A DNA stretch of 64,000 nt, taken from assembly GCF_018350175.1 (NCBI RefSeq), contig NC_058369.1:13084001-13148000 (forward strand), given 5' to 3'. This stretch comes from Felis catus (taxonomy: Eukaryota). Positions 1 to 27,000 of this stretch are shown piece after piece. The number at the start of each line of letters is the position of its first letter. The stretch's first letter is position 1. A program made the position numbers and the translations under genes. Below the pieces are notes generated by a model. The model ran no database searches. It saw only the letters and a program-made list of their open reading frames with translations, and had not been told where the DNA came from.

Positions 1-619
1 TGACAAGACAGGAACACAAGGGACATATCCCATCAGTCCATGGCATACCGACAGCTCCCCGCCCTCTCCCCCTGCGCCAGCACTGACCCCAGGAACTGAG
101 GCTGTCAGGCTGGGGGCTGCTGGGGGCTGGGCCAGGGCCGGATCCTCTCAGAAGCCAGCACCACCCAGCAAGGGGTTGGCAGGGTGGGAGCGGGCACCAG
201 GATTTAGACACCCCGTCCCTGCCCATCACCCCAACAACAGCTACTGGTCCCACCGGGTGTCTGCCCTGCGTCCCTCCTCCAAAGCCAGCTGGGACTCTTG
301 TCTTCCATACCCCCAAAGCACCCCCGGGGCTGCCCCAGCAGCCCCTGCAGAAACCAGCAGCTCTGGAGGCCTTGGTCCCAGGAGGACGCAGGTGCAGGGT
401 GGGGCAGGGCAGGGGTGGGCATTCCCCACTGAGCCCAACAAACGCACACAGTCACTCACGCAGGGGCTATGTTCTGGCTTCGGAGCCCAGGCGGCTGGTC
501 TCGGCGGCATCCAGGCTGCCCTGCTCCCGGGGTGCCCCTGAGCCCAGAAACCTGGGGGTCGTGGGAGGGAAGGGAGTGTCTGCTTTGCTCTCGAGGGAGC
601 CCCCAGTGACTGCAGCAGG

Positions 620-15879
<15,260 letters not shown>

Positions 15880-15936
15880 GTCAAAGCATCCACACCGTTT
15901 CAAGGCTTTTATTTTTCTTTTATTATTAAAAAAAAC

Positions 15937-16143
15937 TTTTTTTAAATGTTTATTCATTTTTGAGAGAGAGACAGAGTGTGAGCAGGGGAGGGGCAGAGAG
16001 AGAGGGAGACATAGAATCTGAAGCAGGTTCCAGGCTCCGAGCTGTCAACCCAGAGCGCAACACGGGGCTCGAACTCATGAACTGTGAGATCACGACCTGA
16101 GCAGAAGTCTGACGCTTAACCGACTGAGCCACCCAGGCGCTCC
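15937..16143 (-). mobile_element. CAN-SINE in the NIBAN3 3' region
   Basis: Antisense SINE ending cgactgagccacccaggcgc. Confidence 0.93.
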
Positions 16144-16546
16144 TCGAGGCTTTTATAACCCTCATATCTCTACCTCGTTCCTCTCCAGAAACGCTGGGTT
16201 TCTTTACCCTCCCACCAACAGCATTTGTGCACGTTCTCTGTATCCTTTCCAAACACTAGGAGTGTCCATAAGAGAAAAAAAAGTCAGTTGGAGGGACGCA
16301 CACATTTCATTGTTTCATTTTGAATTTCTTTAATGATTGAATTGAACCTAAAAATAGGCTTATTGCCATTTTTCTGTTTGTGCTTTTTTTTTTTATTTTT
16401 TAAAGTGTATTGCCAGTTCATGGCTTTGCCTACTTTTCTCTTCAGTAGATTTTCTCTTTTTCTTATTGATCCCTAAAAACTCTTTGTATATTGAAGATAT
16501 TAATGCTTTGCTATATGGTACAGGTTATTATTTATTTATTAAAAAA

Positions 16547-16758
16547 ATTTTTTTTCAACGTTTATTTATTTTTGGGACAGAGAGAGACAGAGCATGAACG
16601 GGGGAGGGGCAGAGAGAGAGGGAGACACAAAATCGGAAACAGGCTCCAGGCTCCGAGCCATCAGCCCAGAGCCTGACGCGGGGCTCGAACTCATGGACCG
16701 CGAGATCGTGACCTGGCTGAAGTCGGACGCTTAACCGACTGCGCCACCCAGGAGCCCC
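16547..16758 (-). mobile_element. CAN-SINE
   Basis: Antisense, full length. Confidence 0.95.
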
Positions 16759-17766
16759 TTTATTTATTTATTTATTTAATTCGCAGCATGCTATAGACCT
16801 TTTGGATTTATTTGCTCCAAATCTTAACTTGGTATCTAGTTTCTCAGCTGAGAGTGAAGCACTGATTGACTTCCCTCTGCCGGCCAGAAAAGCCATCTGT
16901 GTCCGGGCAGTTGACAGCTTCATTGTATCACAAGCCTTACAGCTGCTTCCGGAGCAGGTTCCGGAGGGATTTCCCCAGGATCTTTCTGGGTTCAGCTTTC
17001 AGAGGGGGAGATGCAGACTCCCCGTGGAGATGGTTCCGCCTCTTTCCGCCCTGGCGTTTTCAGCCTCCCCACAGAGAGTTTCTTCACTTTTCCAGACTTT
17101 ACCCTCCAGCTCTAACTTCTGAGATAACATTTGTGCTTCTGCAGCCTTGTACAGCTGTTGTTGTAGTTTTTAAACCCAGGATGTGATGTTAATCCTGCAA
17201 AACTGGAGAAACAAGAATTTGCCATCCAGTCCTCCTGGAGAAAATCGCTATTTGTCTTTGGTCCGAAAACCTTCTAGTCTTTTCTCAGTTTATCAGGGTA
17301 TGGGATACATCTTGTCACTCTTTTTCTAACTTAATATGAATGCTCTGGCCAGGTTCACAGAGTGCAGAATTGTTTTTGCCATTTTATTACAGAAAGTCTC
17401 TAACATACCCCTAAAGCAGAGCCCCAAGTGTGCCCCTACTCGGATTCAGCAGTGACCAGTGTGGCCAGACCCCCTTCCTCCACTCCCTTCCTCACTCCCT
17501 CAGTCAATCATGTAACCAGTAAATTTTAGGTTGCGCTTCCAAAACATCCAGCTAAAAACTGAACTTGCACAAATGATTATTGTAGAAAAAACTGGAGAAC
17601 AGAAGAAAGGAGAGAAATGAATTTGGAAGAAGGGGATGGACAAGGAGAAGGGCATCGGGAGGAGGAAGGGCAAACATCACGTGACTCGGTTAGCCGCGCG
17701 CCGGGAGCCGCGAGGCTTTTTGGGTCAAGCCCACCGCCCTGTCTTACTTAAATTCAAGCCCTACCA

Positions 17767-17998
17767 GGGGCGCCTGGGTGGCTCAGTCGGTTGGGCGGCC
17801 GACTTCGGCTCAGGTCAGGATCTTGCGGTCCGTGAGTTCGAGCCCCGCGTCGGGCTCTGGGCTGACAGCTCCGGAGCCTGGAGCCTGTTTCGGATTCTGT
17901 GTCTCCCTCTCTCTGACCCTCCCCCGTTCATGCTCTGTCTCTCTCTGTCTCAAAAATAAATAAACGTTAAAAAAACAAATTTTTAAAAAATAAAAAAT
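17767..17998 (+). mobile_element. CAN-SINE
   Basis: TSD aaattcaagcccta. Confidence 0.95.
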
Positions 17999-18399
17999 AA
18001 ATTCAAGCCCTACTGTCCCCTGAGCACAAGGACACACTACAGTGCCCCGAATTTCACTTAACAATATTGAATCTCCTCCTTCCGACCGTACTAATAAACG
18101 TACACCTGAGCATCCTTCTTAAAACTTAGTTTTTAAGAATGGCCCAGAAACAAGCAATCGTAAAGTACATTGATAAGAGTCCTGGGAAACAATTCCCTGC
18201 TAGCATTTCTCTGGAAACTCCCACCCTGCCCCCAGATCGCGTGCTCAGCATTTTCAAGTATCTGGCTCCAGCAGCCGCCAGCCTTGAGGCGTCGGGAAGA
18301 CCCTATAGTACAGATGGACAAACTGAGGCTCACACTGGGAGCCCACGGTGGGGGCTGAATTTGAAGCCGGGTCTGCAGGGCGCCAGGGGCCACGCGCGG

Positions 18400-19400
18400 C
18401 TTCACACCCAACAGCCCTAGACGACGTCCCCGTGAAACCTGGTCCTAACTAGCCAGCTCCGCCTGGAGGCACATCAGGCGGGGGCAGGTGTCGGGAGGCA
18501 GGGCTTGTTCTCAGCTCCGGCACCTTGAAGGCGCCAGAGTCACGTCAGATTGGAAGGCTCCGGGCTCTCTGTGCCTTTAAGGCCGTCCTGAGGGCGGGGC
18601 CTGGGAAACGGGCCCAGACGGCTGATTCACTCCAGGCGCTCCTCCCCTTTAAGGCGCGCGGCAGGGCGGGGCCCCCCGCTGGCCTCTTCAAGGCGCGGTC
18701 CGCGTCCGCCGGCAGAAAAAACGGCTTAAAGGCGACGCGTGGCGCGATGGCGGCGGCCCCACGCGCGTGCAGGCGGGGCTGGCGGCCGCGCCCGGTGCTG
18801 CTGCTGCTGCTGCTGCTGGCGCTGCCGCCCCCGGGGGGCCCGCCGGGCGCCGCCGCCTACTTCCCCGAGGAGCGCTGGAGCCCGGAGTCGCCGCTGCAGG
18901 CGCCGCGAGTCCTCGTCGCGCTGCTGGCGCGCAACGCGGCCCACGCGCTGCCCGCCACGCTGGGCGCGCTCGAGCGGCTGCGGCACCCGCGGGAGCGCAC
19001 GGCGCTGTGGTGAGCTCGGCCCCCGCCCGGCCTGCTTGCCCCCATTCGGGCGGCTCCACGCCACGCGCTGCCTGCTGCCCCGCCACCGGGCGGGGCGGGC
19101 CGGACCGGACCCACGCGTGGCCCCCGCTGGCTTCCCTCTTCGGGGCGGGCCGGGCGCGCGGGCCCTTTGCTTTTGCCGTCCCGCCCCTCCCCCTGTCCCT
19201 TCCCCGCCGCGTTAGGACTGACCGACCGCGCTCTGCAGATCCGGGACCCCTCGCGCCCAGCCCAGGGCTGGGCCCCTCTGCCTGGGACTAACCCTCAAAC
19301 CCGCTTCGGAGCACCCACAGCCCCAGAGAAGGGGAACCCGGGGTCCCCGCGGCCCACACGGCACTTCCGCTAACAGAAAGACCTTTCGGCTCCTGCTGCC
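18400..19400 (+). promoter_or_regulatory. CpG-island promoter of COLGALT1
   Basis: Very CpG- and GC-rich; GC boxes (gggcgggg) near 18592 and 18664; inverted CCAAT at 18549-18553; spans exon 1. Confidence 0.85.
18747..19009 (+). CDS. COLGALT1: COLGALT1 exon 1 (signal peptide ... RERTALW)
   Basis: ATG in context GCGATGG inside a CpG island; donor TG|gtgagc. Confidence 0.95.
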
Positions 19401-20374
19401 TTGGATCCCGAACCCAGCCGGAGTCAGATTCCCTGCCCTCTAACCAGCGTGGGTGGGTGGGTGGGTGGGTTACCGGACCCTAGTGGCCAAAGGGGGAAGT
19501 GGCTCTTCCTGGCAGGGGAATGGGGCCGAGTTCTGCCTGACTGGTGACTTCCCGCCTCCTGCCTCAGTTTCCTCATCTGGAAAATGGGGGGCCTTAATGT
19601 CACTGCGGTTGGGTCCGTCTCAGAAAATTAACCAGTTAATGCCTGTGAAGCCCTTGTGCCTGGCGTCTCTGATTTGGTGCCCGATGGGCCAGAGCTGGGA
19701 CTAGTACTCTTACCCTTATGTTGTCATTACTAATCATCACTGCTGTTGTTGGCGACTTCATAACAATTTTTTTTTTGGTGGGGGGATAGCTCTCATCTTT
19801 ATGGTTAACCTGAACTCTTAAATTTTTTTTTTTAAGTTTATTTATTTTTGAGACAGAGAGAGACAGAGCATGAACGGGGGAGGGTCAGAGAGAGAGGGAG
19901 ACACAGAATCGGAAGCAGGCTCCAGGCTCTGAGCCATCAGCCCAGAGCCCGACGCGGGGCTCGAACTCACAGACCGCGAGATCGTGACCTGAGCTGAAGT
20001 CGGACGCTTAACCGACTGAGCCACCCAGGCGCCCCAAACCTGAACTCTTAAATGGCTCTCACTCCTCCACCCCCGATTGGGTAGCCTGGATAGTCCAAGA
20101 AATGTTTGTTGAATTAATAAGTAACCACAGCCCACTATAAGGTGGTGTTGCTCATAAGAGACCATTGAGGAAGGGGGGGTGAGCGTATGTGATACACTGG
20201 CTACATTTTAAAATTAAATTGCACAGGGGCGCCTGGGTGGCTCAGTCAGTTAAGTCTCCGGCTCTTGATTTTGGCTCCAGTCATGATCTCATGGGTTCCC
20301 ATGGGTTCGTAGGTTCGAGTCCCCCCTCTGGCTCTGTGCTGACAGTGGAGCCTGCTTGGGGCTCTCTCTTTCCC

Positions 20375-20407
<33 letters not shown>

Positions 20408-23400
20408 AAATAAATGAATAAACTTTGAAAACATGGTAAAACTAAATTGTACCTATTTAGTACTTGGGGTGGTTATAAGATCCTAGATGCTCAGTCGTAC
20501 TAACGACGTCTGATGTGTTTTTCCAGAATGAGCTCGTTTGATCCCCTCTGCAGCCCAGGGAAGTGGGTCCAGTCCTCCCTCACCTGTATTTCAGATGAGG
20601 AAACAGGCAGCGAGGGGGGGAAGCGTCTTGCCCAGGGCTATAAGCTAGTGGGAGGCTGGCTTGGGGTCCGGAGTCTGTTGTTGCCCTGCTGTCCCGGTGG
20701 TCTGCCCTGCCTCACTGTCCCCGGCCTCACGCTGCCTGTCCTGCTCTGCCCGCAGGGTGGCCACGGACCACAACTCAGACAATACGTCGGCTGTGCTGCG
20801 CGAATGGCTGGTGGCTGTGAAGAGTTGGTACCACTCTGTGGAGTGGCGGCCGGCGGAGGAGCCCAGGTGAGCTTCGGCTTCTGCCCGGATGCACCCCCAC
20901 CCCCGACGCCCCAACAGCCGGACTGGGCTGCGCCCTCATTCACACACCTTTCCTGATTCCCCATTGTCCCAGCTCTGCAGCCTCAAGGGCTGGCCTTGGC
21001 TGCTCTGATCCGCCTTCAGCTTCAATGGGCCGTAATCCTCCAGCTGGACCTTTGCCCCAGAAATTCTCTTCCCCGCAGTTCCCTTGGGCCCTTGTCCTCC
21101 TGGTGGTGGGGACACCTACTGCTTTGTCCCCAGTGTCCCTCTGTGCCCTGGCACCAGCTCTACTGCTTAGCTTCCCCATGATCCCCTGGGCAGTGCTGAC
21201 CCCTGGTTTCTTTAATCCTTTCAGGTTTTTTTTCTTAACCCGTCTGCTGCCCAGACCAGATTCCGAGTCTGGGAGGACAGGCTGCAAGTTTGCTTCTGCG
21301 GCTCCTCTTACTCTCAGGAATGACCCTGCAAGGCATAGAGGCCCCCGACCCCCATCTCCAGAGCTTGCTTCCTCCTCTGCAGCTGGCCCTGGGCTCCCTC
21401 CCCCAGTTTTCTCCTCTTGCTTCCTCGCAGCCTTCAGATCCAGCCCACACATCCCCTCCTCCAGGAAGCCCTCTCTGACCACTGCCCCCTGGGTTGCGAT
21501 GGTGCCCCACGCTTCCCACAGCACAGCCGCCTCTCTGCAGGTCCTACCCGGACGAGGAGGGCCCCAAACACTGGTCCGACTCGCGCTACGAGCACGTTAT
21601 GAAGTTGCGCCAGGCAGCCCTGAAATCTGCCCGGGACATGTGGGCCGATTACATCCTGGTGAGTTTCTCGGCCAGCTGCCCCCAGATGGCGGGGGAGGTC
21701 TGGGTGGCCGAGGGAGGCCGGAGCAGTGGGCTGTAGAGACCAACTTTAACCCCCCCGTTTACGGAGGGAAACAGGCTCTGAGAGGGGGAGTGAGTTGTCA
21801 GAGGTGACACAGCTGGGTAGCAGAGTTGCTGGGATTCAGTCCAGGGCCCCCTGGGCTCTTAGTCATCAGGTTGTGTTCCTAACCGTCCCCTGTGGTGGGA
21901 CCCTTGGGCCACCTCCTTTTTATTGCCCCTCCTGCATGCCCGACGATAACATCCTCTGGGCGAATTCCGAGAAGCTAGAGGATGGGGTGGGGGGCTGGGG
22001 GGCACTGGCGATGGGGCCTGACTTTCACTTCCTTCTGGGCCGGCCATTGCCTCTGGAGGGAGGGACGGTTCAGGCGCAAGTGCAGTAATGTTAAGGTATC
22101 TCCCCACAGGCCTGCGAGCCCCGTCAGCCCATCCCCTTGATCTGGACGTGATCTCCCCCCTGGTGCGGGTGGGGGTGGATGGCACTGAAGGCTGGGCCTG
22201 GCGCCCCGTGGAGGCTGAGCGCACCCATGCCAGCCTGACGTACCTGTGGTTGGTCTCCATCTACACGCCGGGCCCTGAGCTGCGGTCTGCCCCTTCCTTA
22301 TTTACTTAGTGGGCAGACGTCTGTGAGCCTCTCCCCTGCCCTCCGTCTGCGGGCCGGACCCCGAGGACACGGTGAGGGTCAGCACGGGCTGCACCCTGCC
22401 TTCCTAGCGTCCCCGGAAAGGTGGACGGGACCAGAAAAGGAAACTGAGTGAGGATGTACCGAAAGGCAGCCAGTGCTGTGATTGTACAAGGCAGCTGGTG
22501 GCGGATCGGTGTCCTGGGGCTACGGTGATAAAGTAGTCCGCACTCCGGGGGGGGGGGGCTTAAAATGATGGAAGTTTATTGTCACGCGGTTCTGGAGACC
22601 AGAAGTCTGAAGTCAAGGTGTCCACAGGGCTCTGCTCCCTCTGAAGGCTCTAGGGGAGGGTCCTTCCTCACTTCTTCCAGCTTCTGGGGGCTCCACATGT
22701 TCCTTGGCTTGTGGCCACATCGCTCTGTTGTCTGCCTCTGGGGTCACACGGACTCCTCTCTCTGTCGCTTCTTATCAGGTCGTTAGTCATTGAATTTAGA
22801 GCCCACCCTACTCCAGTCTGACCCCCTCTTAACCTACATCTTAGTTACATGTGCAAAGACCCTATTAAGATCACAGTCACAGGTTACCAGGGGTCAGAAT
22901 TTCAACATATCGTTTTCTGGGGGCCCCCGTTCAGTCCACAACAGATGGCATAGTCAGGGTGTTGTGATGAGTGAGCAGGGTTGGGGGCCTTCCTTAGGAG
23001 GGGACCCTAGAAGTGGATCCGAAGGAAGAAGGAAGCGAGCCTCTGGGGGGACACTGAGGGAGTGTCTGAGGCAGAGGGAACAGAGTAGGGCACAACCGCG
23101 GGGCATACAGGGACTGGCAAGGAGGCCGGTGTGGCTGGAGGGGTGATGGAGGCGGTCCTGGAGTGGTGGGTGGGGGCCAGACTACGCAGACCAAGGGAGA
23201 GATTTCGTTTTTACTTTGAGGGTAATGGGGAGCCATGGAGGGTATGTGAGCACAGAGGAACTGTGTTCTGATTTATGATTTTCAGAAGCCCCATGGCTCC
23301 TCCCATGGGGAAGCAGGGTCTGTTGGGGCAGGAATGGGGTTAGCAGGAGGCCAGGGTAGAGGCCAATATGGAGGAGGAGGAGTGGGGAGTGACTGCAAAT

Positions 23401-23951
23401 GGATTGGGGATGCCTTTTCAGGCTGAGGGGACAGGCTCTGTTTGGGGACTACATGTGAGGGTGCCAGAAGGACCCCATGTCCCTGGCCTGAGCTCTGCAG
23501 AGAGGGTGGAGGAGAAAGAATGGAACACCCTTTATAAATTACTTTTTCTTTTCTTAAACTGAAAAAAAAAAAAAAAAGAACAGACTCCTCCTGGGAGCCC
23601 TGTAGGTTGATGTCTTATCAGCCCATTTACAGATGGGAAGGTGGAGGCTCAGAGAGGTAGGTGACCATGTGCTGGGTGGAGTCTCGGAACCAGTGAGGTG
23701 CAGAGAGGAGACTGGACCCTCCTGGAACCATCTAGCACAGAGCCACCTTGTCTGCTTCCCCAGGTTCGAGGCTGGCTGGCTTGCACTTCTCTCCCTCAGC
23801 AAACTTGGGGGGAACTCAGTGTGTTAGTTTAAAACTCAAAGCAGCTTTCGGCATACCAGTGTCTTTCTGTGACTGGGGCCTTTGGAAATCCATACTGGGA
23901 TGTGGATCCCTTTGTCCGGTGTTTTAAAATTGTTATGAAAAGGACCTCTTT

Positions 23952-24005
<54 letters not shown>

Positions 24006-27000
24006 AGGGAGGGAGGGAGGGAGGGAGGGAGGGAGGGAGGAAGGAAGGAAGGAAGGAAGGGGAAGAAAAGGACCCTTTTTTTTCCTCCTTTTGCAAGCGA
24101 TATAGGTGTTACCGGTGTGAAAATACACAAGAAAAAAATAAGAAACTTAGGAAAGAAAAAAAAGCAAGCAAACCTTATAATCTTACCTCCCAGGGAGACG
24201 CACTTTCTGGCTGCTTTTCTGTGTTTTCTAATTGAGGTGCAATTTACATAACATAAAATTAACTGTTTTAAAGCGGACAACTCAGCGGCATTTAGTACAT
24301 TCATTATGTTGTGCGACCACAACCTCTGTCTAGTTCCAGAACATTCCCAGCACCCCAGAGGGAGACCCTGTCCCCATGAGCAGTCACTCCCCACTCCCCC
24401 TCCCCCAGCCCCTGGCACCCACCAGTCTGCTTTCTGTGTCTATAGACGCGCCCGTTGTGGACATTTCATGTAAATGAATCCTAACACCACGTGGCCTTTT
24501 GTGTCTGGCGTCCTTCACCGTGCACCATGTTCTCAAGGCCCATCCATGTGGTAGCGTGTGCCAGAACTCTAGTCCTTTCTCGTGGCTGAGTCATGTTCCT
24601 TGAACGGATGGACCACGTTCTGTTCATCCCTTCTGCCGTCCGACGGACACTTGGGTCATTTCTGCCGTTTGGCTGCCGTGGCCAATGCCACGTCCAAATG
24701 TCTCATCCCTGTTTCCCGTTGTCCTGGAGCACGCCTCGGAGTGTGGAATCGCATCGTGACCTGCGTATCCCGGTGGACAGGACCACCCTTACCCGATCGT
24801 TTTCTGCGGCGCGATTCCCAGCCGTCTTGGCTCACTCCGCGGTGGGACGCGGCCCGAACCCCCCTGGCTGGTTCGCCACCACCAGACTCTTGGGTCGTCC
24901 CTGGGTTGTGTGATAAATAGCACTGCGGTGAGCATCCTGGCGTGGCCTTGCTGGAGAGTGTTGGTGACGCGTGGTTTGGGGTGGGGGGACCAGCAGGCAC
25001 CCCTCCCCCCCCCACCATGGTGACGCCGTTCCCGGGCTGGTAGATTTCATCTGATGCTGCAACAAGGAAGTTACCATCTTTTTATCCCAACATGCGAGGC
25101 ATTAAAGGAAAAAAAAAAAAGGCTTATGTGAAGGTCTGATTTTTATACGCTTTTTATCAGCATCTAATTGACGTTAGGAGAAGCGTGTGTTCCTCCCAGC
25201 CACTCCGCACAGAGGTGGCCTCTGCTCCGACTGTCCTCGTCCTCCAACGCTGCCCGTTTTGAAAGTTTCCAGTGCTACATCTGGGACCCATTTATGTTGC
25301 TTTGTGCTGTGTGGTCTGTCCCTTCTCTTGCCGCGTAGTGTATTGTATGAGCATGACTTGGCTTGTCACTTGAGGAACCAGGTGGCTTCCAGGGCCCCAT
25401 CTGTTGCTCCAGGATCCCCAGACGCCCCTCCCCTGTAGGACTCTGGCTGTTCAGAGCTGTGGCCCAGCCCAGGTCAGTCCCGTGACCCATGCTGATGCTG
25501 TATTGGGTGTTTTGCAGTTTGTGGATGCAGACAACCTGATCCTCAACCCTGACACACTGAGCCTCCTCATCGCCGAGAATAAGACCGTGGTGGCCCCGAT
25601 GCTGGATTCGCGGGCTGCGTACTCCAACTTCTGGTGTGGGATGACTTCCCAGGTCAGGGGGCTTCTGGGGTAGGGTGTGGGCCGGGGGTGGGAGGGGTGA
25701 GCGACTGGGGGCTGTGGCTAGAGTCTAACTTATCATACCACCTCATGTGAGCATCTCACAACATCACTGTGATACTCCTTAAGTAGCTCCTCTGGGGAGG
25801 GGCTGTGATTGTGCCGTCTCCTCCCCACCCTCTTCCCAGTTACTAAAGCAGAAATAGAAACACAGAGAGGAGTTGACTTGCCTAAGCTCACACAGCTAGG
25901 AAGGGGCGGTGCCAGGATAGGACTTCAGGCACCGCTTGATCTAGGTATTCAAACAGCATTCCTGGGGCGCCTGGGTGGCTCAGTCGGTTAAGCGTCCGAC
26001 TTCAGCTCAGGTCACGATCTCACGGTTCGTGAGTTCGAGCCCCGCGTCGGGCTCTGGGCTGATGGCTCGGAGCCCGGAGCCTGCTTCCGATTCTGTGTCT
26101 CCCTCTCTCTCTGCCCCTCCCCCGTTCATGCTCTGTCTCTCTCTGTCTCAAAAATAAATAAACGTTAAAAAAAATTAAAAAAAAAACCCAAACAGCATTC
26201 CTATCTTCCTCCATCCTTTGGGTGGCTTCATTTTCAGACTCTTGAGGCACGATCCCAGCACCATCTGGCCAAAGTCCACTTGGGTCCCTGTCTAGTCTCC
26301 TCCTACACCCGAGCCAGTTACTGAAGCCAGGAAAATGCCAGGTTCGTTGACCAAGCCTGGGCCACAAGTCCCACCCAGGGTTGAGGCTGGGGTTGCAGGC
26401 AACTCCAGGGGGAGTGAAAGGGTAGGTGCTGGAGTGGGGACCGTGCCAGCGGAATGGGGTTTGGTGGCTGGAGCCGGGACCCCTCTTGACTCTGCCTGTC
26501 TTTTTAATTGTTGGGTGATTCACATAACATAAAACTCAGCTTTGTTTGTTTATTTTTATTTATTTTGAGAGAGCAAACAGGGGAGGCAGAGAGAGGGAGT
26601 ATCCCAAGCAGGCTCCGCACTGCCAGCATGGAGCCCGACGTGGGACTCGAACCCACAAACTGTGAGATCATGACCTGAGCCGAAATCAAGAGTCAGACGC
26701 TTAACCGACAGCTACCCAAGCGCCCCAAACTCACCATTTTAAAGTGAACAATTTCACGGTTTCTATTTGTTAAAAATATGTCGTAGAAACCTAAATGTTA
26801 CACTCTAAGAATTACAGTTTGTAAAGTATGATGAAGAGAGAGACCAACCTCCGACTGTTACGTCATCTTTTCTAGAAGATTCACCCCCAACTTCCTTGAA
26901 GTTGTCCAGCGTAAATCAAAGGATCGCAAAGATCCAGCCCTTTCTTGACTTTCTGATTTCCTCCTTCCCTAATGTCTCCTGTCTTTCTTCTTCTTTTTTT

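Noticed and set aside
18525..18746. 74-codon in-frame extension upstream of the COLGALT1 ATG
   Set aside because: It starts at TTG in GC-rich, stop-poor promoter DNA and would bury the signal peptide. ATG 18747 has good Kozak context.
21025..21807. 260-aa ORF
   Set aside because: Low-complexity Pro/Ser/Leu-rich, crosses COLGALT1 exon 3 out of frame, and has no recognisable domain.
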